Source: Kagunavirus PDP21P8 | Strand: one strand, 5' to 3' | DNA length: 43,594 nucleotides | Sequence record: OZ035783.1 | In this document: positions 27,209 through 36,274 of the stretch, in pieces | How positions within the stretch are numbered: position 1 is the first letter of the stretch | Layout: each line of letters opens with the position of its first letter | Program-made: the position numbers and the translations under genes | The notes under the pieces: model-generated | Databases searched by the model: none | The model's input: the letters and a program-made list of their open reading frames with translations, nothing else | Told to the model about the DNA's origin: nothing

Positions 27209-29482
27209 TTACTTAGCATAACGGTACACCTCTCCCCCAGCCCATGTTAACGGGAACCCTTCGGCCCACTCAGGTAATGAGCATAGCAGGTCACCCATCT
27301 CTTTAACCGTGTACTCTGGCGTGTCTGGCGTTTCGGCAACACATTCGTCATGTACGTGGAGTACAATTGGGTAGCCCGCCGCCTCGACCGTCAGGAGTCC
27401 GTTAACCAGTAAATCACGGCACAACGCCTGGATGATGTTTTCACACAATTTTCCGCCGTGGGTGTACAAAGTTGTCCACTGGCGGGTGGTCTGATTTTCA
27501 CCCTGATACTTAATGCGGACGTTAGTAGTAACGCGCCCATCCTCGTCAGTCTCTTTAGTGACGCTTAAGCCTATGCCAGGGTAGGACATGATGCGCCCAG
27601 ACGGCAGTTCCACGCACAACCACCAACCCGGAACCGGATTACCGTGGTTGTCTTTTTCTTTGGTACGCCAGATGCGGATGGCTCTGTCGCCGTTAAGGCG
27701 TACTCGGGCCCCCGCCCAAAACTCTCGTCCCGGATTTCTGATGGCGGCTATCACCGAATCCTTAAGGTCATTCCAGAATTTCACTGTTTCCGGATGGGCT
27801 TCCCGCCACATGCGCTTAATGGCGTCACAGGTGCGCCAGACTTCTTTAGGCAGCACATAAGAGGCCCGTTCATCTTTTTTACCAGGCTTTGGCGGGCGTT
27901 TAGCCTCCTGAATTCTGGCCCATTCGTAGCCACGGGCGGTAGCCGCCCAAATGTGGTCGGGGAACGTGCCCCGCATTGTCTCTGTCATTTTAAAGAGGTC
28001 CAGCCCGTAAGTTTTAGCCATAGTCATAAAAGCCCCTACGCCCCCCTCGTAGCCGAGGCCGAGTTCGCAACATTTCCCGACCTGACGTAGGTCCTTACGG
28101 GTGGCTTTTAGTTCTACGGGGTCCATGCCAAACATCTTGCCCGCGGTGGCGCAATAAATATCAATCCCTGCGCGGAAGGTCTCAAGCGCGGATGTCTCCC
28201 CCGCGGTCCAGGCCAACCCGCGCCCTTCTACGTTTGAGTAGTCGGCAACGAGCAACTTATTACCCTTTTCAGGGATGATGCAACTGCGAACAGTCGAGGC
28301 TGTCAGCTTGGATACGTCGAAACGACGGTGCGCCCGACCCTTTAGCAGCAGATTGATGCCGAACGATAGGGGGTTGAGACGACGGTTCCAGTCTTCGTCG
28401 GACTCCCACGGCTGGCGTACAAGTTTCTTCTCCTCGTTAGTCGGGTCATCATGATAGTACCCGCGCGACAGGTTCTGCGGCTGGAACCCTTTACCCGCAA
28501 ATCGTAAAGTGCGCTTTGCCCCACCGTACTGGATGCAACCGCGGCGGCGGCCGTCTTTGGACCGTCCTAGCAGGAGCGGTTTGTATTTTGTCGACGCCGT
28601 GGAGGCCGCGCCGAGGCGCATCTCAATGATTGTGCGCGCATCGTCAGGTAAGTCGTCGTCCTCTAGCAAACCTTCGAGCGTTGCTTTCTGCGCATTATAG
28701 ATATTGTAGGCCGGTGCCAGCTCCCGAAGGATTGGCAGGAAGTCTTTACCCGTTAGCTTCCCGCCAAATTTAGCCCTGGCCTCGTTTTTTAGCTCTTGCT
28801 TGTGGCGTTCAACTGCTGCTACCGCCGCCTCAGCAAGAGCCGCATCAACAAAGAAGCCTCGGTCGTTGATTAACTGGTCAAGTTCAAGTACACGGTCCTC
28901 GAAATCGGAGTTACCCCAACGTGGCAGCTTATGGAAGACTTCACGCATCGCTGTGATGTCGCTCACGGCGTACTTGATGAACAGCGCCCATTCGTCCGGG
29001 TGCGTTTCGGCGGTGTAGCGGCGGATTTTATAGTTCTTCGGGGTTGGTTTGGAGAAACGCTGAATCAGAGCCTTGCCACGTTTATCTTTCGCGTTGTCGG
29101 CGGATACGCCCAGCACTTCGCATAATGCGTCAAGTGAACCCGGCAGCGCGTGGCGAAACGCCCAAATCATAGTGTCAATGGTGTTGCTGACCGGAATATC
29201 GAAGCCCCAGCAGTTCTTCATGATGAGCCTATCGAAAAGTCCACCGTTATGCCACACCATCTTAATGCGACTGTTTGGCTTCACCAGACGGCGTAACGCG
29301 CGGTGTAAATCTCCCGGCATGTCGCTGCCGTCAGTGCAGTCCCATACCTGAACAGGCTCGTCATCAAAAGCATAGGTGCAGATGAGCACTTCGGTAGTCG
29401 GGTGTTCGGCGTAAGCATAGGAGCCGACTTTCTTCAAATCGGCTTCGGAGAAGGTTTCAAAGTCTAAGAACAGATAACTCAT
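27209..29482 (-). CDS. DNA polymerase, family A, with 3'-5' exonuclease domain
   Basis: FLDFETFS exo motif; pol motif A VADYSNVE, motif B RQVGKCCELGLGYEGG, motif C LHVHDE. Confidence 0.85.
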   Translation of the reverse strand: MSYLFLDFETFSEADLKKVGSYAYAEHPTTEVLICTYAFDDEPVQVWDCTDGSDMPGDLHRALRRLVKPNSRIKMVWHNGGLFDRLIMKNCWGFDIPVSNTIDTMIWAFRHALPGSLDALCEVLGVSADNAKDKRGKALIQRFSKPTPKNYKIRRYTAETHPDEWALFIKYAVSDITAMREVFHKLPRWGNSDFEDRVLELDQLINDRGFFVDAALAEAAVAAVERHKQELKNEARAKFGGKLTGKDFLPILRELAPAYNIYNAQKATLEGLLEDDDLPDDARTIIEMRLGAASTASTKYKPLLLGRSKDGRRRGCIQYGGAKRTLRFAGKGFQPQNLSRGYYHDDPTNEEKKLVRQPWESDEDWNRRLNPLSFGINLLLKGRAHRRFDVSKLTASTVRSCIIPEKGNKLLVADYSNVEGRGLAWTAGETSALETFRAGIDIYCATAGKMFGMDPVELKATRKDLRQVGKCCELGLGYEGGVGAFMTMAKTYGLDLFKMTETMRGTFPDHIWAATARGYEWARIQEAKRPPKPGKKDERASYVLPKEVWRTCDAIKRMWREAHPETVKFWNDLKDSVIAAIRNPGREFWAGARVRLNGDRAIRIWRTKEKDNHGNPVPGWWLCVELPSGRIMSYPGIGLSVTKETDEDGRVTTNVRIKYQGENQTTRQWTTLYTHGGKLCENIIQALCRDLLVNGLLTVEAAGYPIVLHVHDECVAETPDTPEYTVKEMGDLLCSLPEWAEGFPLTWAGGEVYRYAK

Positions 29483-29540
29483 TATTTTGACCCTTAGTAA
29501 AAAGGCCCAATAAAGGGCCTTAATTAAACAGATTCAGATA

Positions 29541-30173
29541 TTAACCACGGCGACGACGTTCGCGGCGCGGTGCTTCATCTTCTTCGTCGTCTTCCAGGTC
29601 GTCGGTGCTCGCTACTACACTGGAGCCGCCGAAGCGTTTACCTTCGCCCATATACTTGATGCCGAGGATGGTAGCGCACAGGTTTTTCCAATCTTTGTGC
29701 CACCATAATTCTACAGATACGTTTGCGATACATCCGCTATATACCTGCTCGCCTTCTATTTCTTTCCCGTCGATGTTGAAATCAGGCTCGGTTTGTTTTT
29801 CACCTTTAGCCGATGTCATAATCACCGGTTGGCGGTTGTTTGTAGCGCGGAAATACAGACCTTCTTCAAAATCCTCAATCGGATTATCTCGCATTGCCAG
29901 GTCACGGACGCAGCATTTGTCTGCGTGGTGGTCTACACCGTAGTTGGCCTTCATCCATTTCTCGGCAGCAGCGGCCCCGATTGCATCTGTTACAACTTCC
30001 AACGCGGTGTCGTAAAGCGCATCAATTTGAGGATGGTCAGGCTGCATAAGAACAGTAACCTGATACTTACCCTTAATCAGTTTACCGGTTTTCTTGTCCT
30101 CAGAGTCGGCGGCACGTTCAAATACGTTAACCCAGGCAGTGTTTACTTTACGCAGATTCAGTTTAATACCCAT
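29541..30173 (-). CDS. ssDNA-binding protein, DUF2815-like (putative)
   Basis: 210 aa, acidic stretch DDLEDDEEDE then basic tail; position between DUF2800 nuclease and polymerase. Confidence 0.45.
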   Translation of the reverse strand: MGIKLNLRKVNTAWVNVFERAADSEDKKTGKLIKGKYQVTVLMQPDHPQIDALYDTALEVVTDAIGAAAAEKWMKANYGVDHHADKCCVRDLAMRDNPIEDFEEGLYFRATNNRQPVIMTSAKGEKQTEPDFNIDGKEIEGEQVYSGCIANVSVELWWHKDWKNLCATILGIKYMGEGKRFGGSSVVASTDDLEDDEEDEAPRRERRRRG

Positions 30174-30226
30174 CTTGATTTCTCGCTTTTAAGTTTACTC
30201 CGGGAACTGCCCGGCCAGTGATTAGA

Positions 30227-30255
30227 AATATAATAGCTAACTATTCAGGTGTCAA
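30227..30255 (-). promoter_or_regulatory. sigma70-like promoter with operator in spacer
   Basis: minus-strand TTGACA-17 nt-TATATT; spacer contains TGAATAG-ttag-CTATTAT. Confidence 0.5.
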
Positions 30256-30503
30256 CCATTCCAGCCAGTTATTTTCTCAACTATCTCAATATACTTGCTG
30301 GGCCATTTCATGTTGTTTATGAATCGAAGCGCCTGTGTCTTCCACGATTTATCGCTCAGGATAGCTTCGATGTCGCGAGTTTGTGTTATACATACCGTAA
30401 TACACATTAAGATAAATGTTGGTAGCGTTAGTGGCATCATAAGAACCCAGAAAACAATACACGCTATAAGCCCACCAAAAATCCTGAACGTTTTACGAAT
30501 CAT
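30252..30503 (-). CDS. small membrane protein
   Basis: ATG 30503 overlaps upstream stop (ATGA) with embedded SD GAGGAGGA; two predicted TM helices. Confidence 0.45.
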   Translation of the reverse strand: MIRKTFRIFGGLIACIVFWVLMMPLTLPTFILMCITVCITQTRDIEAILSDKSWKTQALRFINNMKWPSKYIEIVEKITGWNG

Positions 30504-31741
30504 TCCAAATCCTCCTCTGTTACCTGATTCCACTCAGGACGTTTGTCGTCTGCCGTTGCGACGCATGGCGTGCCAGGCTTACGGGTAATAAAGTCTTTCA
30601 GTTCATCTTCCGACACAACTTTAACCGCTTCGGTCGGCGTCATGAGCACTTCTTTAGTCAGCTTGTCGCCGTAGAGTTCTGCCACTTTCTCCGCGTCTTT
30701 CCACGCGCGATTACCCGGGCGACCCTCAACCAGCTTGTACCCCGGAACTTTCTTACCGGAATGCACCGCGGCGGCCATAGCTTTCTCAACCTTGTCGATG
30801 TGCTGGCGCAATAACGGCAACTTCTCATACTCAGCTACGAGTTGCTCAGGGGTCAGTTCCAGTGCAAAGTCGTCTTCCAGTTCTTCCGCCAGTGCAGAGT
30901 TAACGGTTTTTGTACGCGCGGCGCACTGTTCAGAGAACCGGCACCACTGACACCCATCTACCGACGGTCTGAAGTCCGACGCTTTCAGGTTCTTCTTTCC
31001 ACGGAAATAGGCGTCAAGCGCTAACAATGCACGTTTCTGCGCGAACTTAGCGAACAGTTCCAGACCTTCAACCGAGATGTCCCACTCGGACGCACCGCCA
31101 GCATACGGCTGGAAGATAACAAGACGAACAACTGTGATGTTATAACGTCTCCTGAGTCGGCGATAAACACCGAGAGCGTAAAGCATTAGCTGCTTGTTTT
31201 CTTTCGCTTCGACACGATGCCGTCCCGTTTTAAGGTCGCCAATAATGAGCATGTGCTCGTCAGTGTTTGCCAGTTCCTGAACGGCAACAAGGTCGGCGGT
31301 GCCGAACGTCTCAATGCCTTCGTAGCCCGGATGCAATACCTCAGTAAGATTGACGCGCATTTCCAGCTTGGCGTAAGTCGCTACATCGATAATCGCTTTG
31401 CAGTAATCGGTGTACTTGCGCACCTGCTCAATCATATCCGTCGTAACCAGTACCGCACCTTTCATCGGGCTTATTAGCGCCTTAATCTGGCCTTTACCTT
31501 CATCCAGCACGTAAGCACCGACTTCACGCTCTAATGGCAACGCAGTACCGCGTATATAGGCGTTGAGATGTACCTCAGCTATGGTGTGACACGCGGTCCC
31601 TATAACGGCGGATTTACCCGAAGTGTTAGGAATATCTTTTTCACAGGCCAGTGCTGCACTGCACGCCAGCCACTTTTTGGCGCCCGACGGCGACAGTAAG
31701 GCGTGCACATCATTATTGCCACCGCGTTCTTTTAGAATCAT
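30500..31741 (-). CDS. PD-(D/E)xK nuclease, DUF2800/Cas4-like
   Basis: GTADLVAV...IIGDLKTG nuclease motifs; N- and C-terminal Cys clusters (CQWCRFSEQC) suggestive of Fe-S site. Confidence 0.6.
   Translation of the reverse strand: MILKERGGNNDVHALLSPSGAKKWLACSAALACEKDIPNTSGKSAVIGTACHTIAEVHLNAYIRGTALPLEREVGAYVLDEGKGQIKALISPMKGAVLVTTDMIEQVRKYTDYCKAIIDVATYAKLEMRVNLTEVLHPGYEGIETFGTADLVAVQELANTDEHMLIIGDLKTGRHRVEAKENKQLMLYALGVYRRLRRRYNITVVRLVIFQPYAGGASEWDISVEGLELFAKFAQKRALLALDAYFRGKKNLKASDFRPSVDGCQWCRFSEQCAARTKTVNSALAEELEDDFALELTPEQLVAEYEKLPLLRQHIDKVEKAMAAAVHSGKKVPGYKLVEGRPGNRAWKDAEKVAELYGDKLTKEVLMTPTEAVKVVSEDELKDFITRKPGTPCVATADDKRPEWNQVTEEDLE
30502..30520. repeat. 19-bp exact repeat ATTCCAAATCCTCCTCTGT (copy 1)
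   Basis: identical 19-mer at 33093-33111; encodes C-terminal EEDLE plus SD and stop/start overlap. Confidence 0.8.
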
Positions 31742-31887
31742 TTTGTAATCTCCACAATACGCGCATTAGTGAAACTGCGTTCGAAGCCAAATGTGTAGAA
31801 GACGTACCGGGCTTCGTCCAGACGTGCGTAGCGGCTATGTTCCTGGTCTTTACCGTCTATTTCTACGATTATCGCGTACCTTGTCAT
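31738..31887 (-). CDS. small hypothetical protein
   Basis: 49 aa, ATGA-coupled on both sides. Confidence 0.3.
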   Translation of the reverse strand: MTRYAIIVEIDGKDQEHSRYARLDEARYVFYTFGFERSFTNARIVEITK

Positions 31888-32156
31888 ACCCTGTTCTCCC
31901 ACTGGTCAATTAAATGTCGTGTCTGGTGATGGCAATGCATAGCCCACCCATACATCGACTCGAAGACATAAAAGTCAGGCTTGGCGAATGTCGTGCGCTT
32001 AATCTGCGACACGTGACGGCCTATATCTTTAGGCCGCGGTACTTTGCCTAAGTACGCCATCTCTTCCATCTGGTGCGCACCAGATGTCGCACGTAACAGC
32101 CATAGCGCCTCTGTGTTATCCCGCCTGTCTACGGCGCGATAGAGTTGGTAAATCAT
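31884..32156 (-). CDS. hypothetical protein
   Basis: 90 aa ORF in leftward operon. Confidence 0.45.
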   Translation of the reverse strand: MIYQLYRAVDRRDNTEALWLLRATSGAHQMEEMAYLGKVPRPKDIGRHVSQIKRTTFAKPDFYVFESMYGWAMHCHHQTRHLIDQWENRV

Positions 32157-32199
32157 AATTCCGACCCTCAGTTAAAGCGGCCAGAAGGCCGCGAGATAG

Positions 32200-32733
32200 T
32201 TATTCTTCTTCGAAGTACTTGTTCTTGATTGCCGTCAGGCGTTCCAGGTATTCAGCCAGGTCTTCGTCTTTAATCGCGGCAATCTTCATTTTCTTACCGG
32301 TGAACTCTTCCAGCAGTTCATCGGAAGCATCGCACGCGGCATCGCTCGGACCTTCGTTAATTGCGTCGTCGATAGCCTGAATCTGGTCACGCAGAGACTG
32401 GTAATCGACTTCTTCTTTCTCTTCTTCCGGCTCTGGCGTCGGCTCCTCTACTTTAGCTTTACGTGGCTTACGTTTAGGCTTCTCTTCTTCTTCTTCTGGT
32501 TTAGTGTCAACGACGTCTTCACCTTCTACCGGGATTTCTTTTTTAATGCTGGATTTTTGTAATTCTAATGTATGTTCGAGTTCAAGTTTCTCTTTAGCCA
32601 CCTCGTGCTTGGCAATGGCGATATTTAGTTTTGTGTCCAGTTCTTTCGATGATGCTTGTTTCACGCTATTCGCAGCAATCAGTTCATGCGCAACTACGAA
32701 ACGTTCCAGTAATACTAAGAATTTCTCTAACAT
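32200..32733 (-). CDS. acidic coiled-coil protein
   Basis: 177 aa, Glu/Lys-rich; SD AGGAG; first gene downstream of promoter 32765-32793. Confidence 0.5.
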   Translation of the reverse strand: MLEKFLVLLERFVVAHELIAANSVKQASSKELDTKLNIAIAKHEVAKEKLELEHTLELQKSSIKKEIPVEGEDVVDTKPEEEEEKPKRKPRKAKVEEPTPEPEEEKEEVDYQSLRDQIQAIDDAINEGPSDAACDASDELLEEFTGKKMKIAAIKDEDLAEYLERLTAIKNKYFEEE

Positions 32734-32764
32734 TTGTTTCTCTCCTCTCGTTTGGTATGGGCTA

Positions 32765-32793
32765 ACTATAATAGCGAACTATTCACTTGTCAA
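32765..32793 (-). promoter_or_regulatory. sigma70-like promoter with operator in spacer
   Basis: minus-strand TTGACA-17 nt-TATAGT; spacer contains AATAG-cgaa-CTATT; forward face carries TATAAT toward the XRE gene. Confidence 0.45.
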
Positions 32794-32813
32794 TGGGCTT
32801 TTCTAAAATAATT

Positions 32814-32830
32814 AATATGGTACTATTCAC
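32814..32830 (+). promoter_or_regulatory. second operator-like site upstream of XRE gene
   Basis: AATATGGTACTATTCAC, degenerate copy of the AATAG-N4-CTATT element, ~30 nt upstream of ATG 32858. Confidence 0.35.
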
Positions 32831-32857
32831 ATATCAACTGACTAAGGAGTAATCGAC

Positions 32858-33073
32858 ATGCAACCATCCGAACTAGGCATCCGTGTAGAACAACGCCGTA
32901 AAGAACTAGGCATCTCCCAGCGCCGTCTTGCGGTCCTGGCCGGCGTTTCCCAGGGCGCGATTAACCAGCTTGCGCTCGGGGTAACTCAGGACGTCCGCCC
33001 GGCGACGCTGTTTAAACTGGCGGAAGTGCTGCAAGTAGACGCTAAGTGGCTGGCGTTCGGTGAAGGGGCTTAA
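32858..33073 (+). CDS. XRE-family HTH transcriptional regulator (Cro/CI-like)
   Basis: 71 aa; LGISQRRLAVLAGVSQGAINQL helix-turn-helix; SD AAGGAG. Confidence 0.75.
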   Translation: MQPSELGIRVEQRRKELGISQRRLAVLAGVSQGAINQLALGVTQDVRPATLFKLAEVLQVDAKWLAFGEGA

Positions 33074-33088
33074 CGCCCCTTTCTTTTT
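33063..33088 (+). terminator. rho-independent terminator
   Basis: AGGGGC-ttaac-GCCCCT hairpin followed by TTCTTTTT. Confidence 0.5.
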
Positions 33089-33090
33089 AC

Positions 33091-35349
33091 CTATTCCAAA
33101 TCCTCCTCTGTCACCACCAGCATCTCATTCGGTTCGTATATCGTCTTCGGTCTTAATCTGTCCCCCATCTTTTCAGGTATCCGGTATGTGCCTGGTATAA
33201 CTTCACCGTTAACATCGCACCCGAGCATCAACTCACCGTCTTTCAGCATCTTCTCAAGATGGTGGTTGGTGATGGCGTGGTCCCCCGAGTTCGCCACTAT
33301 CTGCCGTTGGGTAAAACCTCGTCCGGTGTCGTCGGACTGTTGCAGGTCTTCCAGCGCGGCGAGTATTGATTCCTTACGCCCTTCATCCTTCCCGCGTTTT
33401 ACAGCATTCTTTACGTTTTCTTTACCTTCTTTAGTTAACCCTTCTTCCCGCTCCTTCTCCTCGTCAGTTTTGAACGGCTCGAAGCCCCACGGCATCAGCA
33501 CAAGCGCCTTGTGCGGCTCAGGCAGATCGAGGTTTACGATTGTGCCGTATTCCTCTGTGCTACCGAGGAACTCAACCGCACGGTATTCTTTCGGAGGCGG
33601 GGCTTCACGGAACTGTACCGACTCCAGAACCATGCCAACCGTTTTCTGTTGAGGCCCATGCTTAAATTTCGAGTGGTATACGTTTATCTGGCGGTCGGTA
33701 GCGCGCTCAATTGTCAGCTCCACATCAACACCGGCATACAGCGCCCCGCTACCACGGGCTTTCTTTCCACCCTTAGGCGTATGGTGGACGACACCCACAG
33801 CGGCTTTAGTTGCGTCGCGTACTTTTTTAAGGATGGCGATAACTTTACCCATGCCAATTGCAGTTGATGAACTGTTCTCGTCGAACTTGTCAATTGTCAG
33901 GGCCAGCGTCTGGTTGAGGGTATCGAACGCGACCATACCAATAGGCTCGTCCCCTGCAGCTTCACGCATCCTGCGGATTAGCGCGGGGATTTTTTTATCA
34001 CCATGCGCGGCTAGCACCTCACCCATATCAATGACATGTACGTAATCTTTACCTTCCTCGCCGTATTTAGCCGCGAGCGCGTCAATACGTGTGCGTGTAG
34101 CTGCGCCTCCCTCACCGTCGATATAGAAATGGTGGCAACGCTGGGTATCCGCCCCGGCAAACCGGTATCCGGCGGCGCTCAGGTACATCATCCCCAGCGT
34201 ATAGAACGATTTGTACGTGCCGGATTCCCCAACAATATCCCAGATACAATCTGACGGCATGTACCCCTCAACGACGAAATCAGCCTTTACCGGTTCAGGT
34301 AGCTCGTCCTCTTCTGAGTCATCATCGTCTTCCAGGTCGTCGAGGCTGCATGAAACAGATTCACGCACACCCCATCCGATAGCCTCGGCGACTTCACTGA
34401 ACGGCAGCCCGGTCGCATCACACGCGTATTTCCACACTTCTTTCGGGGGCATTCCTTCGGTCGCGGCAATGTCGGTGTCGTGAATCATGGTTACGTTCGG
34501 CGCTTCGTATCCCTCGCGCGGGAAACATAACAGGAAGTCGTCCGGGCGTGGTGTCGGGTCGCTGTAGTTTTCTGCGTGTTCTGGCGTAGCTGGCATCTTA
34601 AGGCCACGCGGCGTCATGATGCCGCCGTACTCGAAGGCCAGTGCTTCAAACGCATCTGTAAACGCGGTGCGCAGTTCTTCCGGTATCTGGTAATCAGATG
34701 CGCTGCTGATGTCAACGGCTGGGACGCCTTCCAGTAACTCATCAGGGTCAATCAGGTCGTTGCGGCGCGACCAGATAACGGTAGCGCCGACAGGAGGCAA
34801 GTACATCGGCTGCGAAAGAGTGAACCCGCTGCGGTCGGCGCCCATGCCTTTGAAGAAGTGCTCCAGCAATCCATGACGAACACGAATGATGTCACCGCCC
34901 TCAACCGTTCGGGCCAGCGGCATGACGACGCGAAAGCGCGGGGCTTCATCTGTGTGTGATGCCGTGGTATAGAGGCACATCGCCCGCCGGCTGCGCTTAA
35001 CCAGGCGCACAGCTTCCTGATACTCTTCCATGGTTGCACTGTCAAAGTCCAGGTACGCCAGCGACGATTTGCTTACAGACGCGTCACAGCGGTAGAAGAA
35101 GCCTTTACGCGCTTGCTTAAAGTCGCCAGTTTCAGGGTCTTTTACGGTGCTGTGCGTAGAGTCGCACGCGGCTGTGATATAGCCGGGGGCGGTCTTCGGG
35201 TTAATCCCGTCGCGAACGGCATCGAGCGGCTGAATTAACTCTTTCAGGTCGTCCAGTGTTGCCGTGTGTGTGGTTCTGACGTTTATATCCTTTTTCTCTG
35301 CCCGCGCGTTGCGACGGGACCACGAGTAGGATAAAATTACATCGGACAT
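33091..35349 (-). CDS. DNA primase-helicase
   Basis: 752 aa; C-terminal NTPase with Walker A GESGTYKS and Walker B-like AFDTLNQ; N-terminal primase-like region. Confidence 0.7.
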   Translation of the reverse strand: MSDVILSYSWSRRNARAEKKDINVRTTHTATLDDLKELIQPLDAVRDGINPKTAPGYITAACDSTHSTVKDPETGDFKQARKGFFYRCDASVSKSSLAYLDFDSATMEEYQEAVRLVKRSRRAMCLYTTASHTDEAPRFRVVMPLARTVEGGDIIRVRHGLLEHFFKGMGADRSGFTLSQPMYLPPVGATVIWSRRNDLIDPDELLEGVPAVDISSASDYQIPEELRTAFTDAFEALAFEYGGIMTPRGLKMPATPEHAENYSDPTPRPDDFLLCFPREGYEAPNVTMIHDTDIAATEGMPPKEVWKYACDATGLPFSEVAEAIGWGVRESVSCSLDDLEDDDDSEEDELPEPVKADFVVEGYMPSDCIWDIVGESGTYKSFYTLGMMYLSAAGYRFAGADTQRCHHFYIDGEGGAATRTRIDALAAKYGEEGKDYVHVIDMGEVLAAHGDKKIPALIRRMREAAGDEPIGMVAFDTLNQTLALTIDKFDENSSSTAIGMGKVIAILKKVRDATKAAVGVVHHTPKGGKKARGSGALYAGVDVELTIERATDRQINVYHSKFKHGPQQKTVGMVLESVQFREAPPPKEYRAVEFLGSTEEYGTIVNLDLPEPHKALVLMPWGFEPFKTDEEKEREEGLTKEGKENVKNAVKRGKDEGRKESILAALEDLQQSDDTGRGFTQRQIVANSGDHAITNHHLEKMLKDGELMLGCDVNGEVIPGTYRIPEKMGDRLRPKTIYEPNEMLVVTEEDLE
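33093..33111. repeat. 19-bp exact repeat ATTCCAAATCCTCCTCTGT (copy 2, orphan)
   Basis: same 19-mer as 30502-30520 but followed by TAG and no coupled start codon. Confidence 0.8.
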
Positions 35350-35407
35350 GTTGTATTTCCTTCAGCAAGTAATTTGGCCTCGGCGTTCACCGCGTCGGGG
35401 CTTTCTT

Positions 35408-35641
35408 TTATTCCAGGTCTTCTAAAGTAGCGGTCATTCCGCGAACTTCAGCAACAGCACTATATTTCCCGCCAACATTCTTCACGACACCGGATTTAAC
35501 CAGTACCTTCAACGACCCTTCAATAATGGCGGAACTATAGTACCTAAAATAACTACGGCGCAAGTCCATAACGCTGCACGACCCTTTTTTACGGGTTAAT
35601 GAAACGACTGCCGTAAATACGCGGGACTGGAACTCGGTCAT
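35408..35641 (-). CDS. hypothetical protein
   Basis: 77 aa; C-terminus TLEDLE similar to the EEDLE tails of primase and DUF2800 nuclease. Confidence 0.45.
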   Translation of the reverse strand: MTEFQSRVFTAVVSLTRKKGSCSVMDLRRSYFRYYSSAIIEGSLKVLVKSGVVKNVGGKYSAVAEVRGMTATLEDLE

Positions 35642-35808
35642 TTTACATTCTCCTTAATCCACGCTTCCACTTTCTCCGGGTCGAAAGTACCCGGCTGCCG
35701 GCGGCCCATAATACGGATGCAACAATCCGGGAACTTCCCACTCTTTAACCAGTTATTCAGCGTGCGACGGGTAACCCCGATACGCTCGGCTACTTCATTC
35801 TGTGTCAT
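35638..35808 (-). CDS. AlpA/excisionase-like HTH DNA-binding protein
   Basis: MTQNEVAERIGVTRRTLNNWLKSGKFP helix-turn-helix; ATG 35808 with G-rich SD; first gene of leftward early operon. Confidence 0.55.
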   Translation of the reverse strand: MTQNEVAERIGVTRRTLNNWLKSGKFPDCCIRIMGRRQPGTFDPEKVEAWIKENVK

Positions 35809-35840
35809 TCTCAAACCCCCATTATCAGTTAACGAAACCA

Positions 35841-35869
35841 AGTATACATTGCGAATAATGGGAAATCAA
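35841..35869 (-). promoter_or_regulatory. leftward early promoter
   Basis: minus-strand TTGATT-17 nt-TATACT, ~26 nt upstream of ATG 35808. Confidence 0.45.
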
Positions 35870-35884
35870 ACATAATCGCACCTA

Positions 35885-35913
35885 TTGACATTATGGAAAT
35901 CTTCGTTTAAGGT
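35885..35913 (+). promoter_or_regulatory. rightward promoter, back-to-back with leftward promoter
   Basis: TTGACA-17 nt-TAAGGT. Confidence 0.35.
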
Positions 35914-36149
35914 GCTTCTGTATCTTAGTTACTTTGATTCTTGTTCACCTTGTAAAACCCGCCGAAAACGAGCGCCCAACGCGAAGTGTTAGGCGGCAGT
36001 TTACTGAACATTCGAATTATCGTAACTTTCCTTCCTAAGTATCTCCGGTTGCCCTGGGCAAGCTCTATTCCAATCGGCGGAATATATCTTAAGTATCTGA
36101 TTTTCTTAAAGTGCCGTAGATTCGCAACCGTAAAAATGTAACGATTATT

Positions 36150-36173
36150 GGGCAGGCTTAAGGCCTGCCCTTT
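36150..36173 (+). terminator. stem-loop, weak intrinsic terminator
   Basis: GGGCAGGC-ttaag-GCCTGCCC followed by TTT. Confidence 0.35.
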
Positions 36174-36242
36174 AGTTACCAAGTAATAAGAATAAAGGCA
36201 CAGCCATACCTGAAGAATCACAACGGCAACGTAACTTTTCTC

Positions 36243-36274
36243 TTGCACACCCCAACATAATAGGATACTATTCA
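36243..36274 (+). promoter_or_regulatory. early-type promoter with AATAG-N4-CTATT operator
   Basis: TTGCAC-17 nt-TACTAT with AATAG-gata-CTATT overlapping -10; ~30 nt upstream of ATG 36306. Confidence 0.5.

Noticed and set aside
27588-28090. Plus-strand ORFs of 90 and 148 aa inside the DNA polymerase gene
   Set aside because: Antisense to a polymerase with intact catalytic motifs; no RBS.
32858-35808. Lysogeny module (integrase, CI repressor, attP)
   Set aside because: XRE and AlpA/Xis-like HTH proteins are present but no integrase/recombinase ORF or att-like repeat was seen; these are treated as lytic-cycle regulators.
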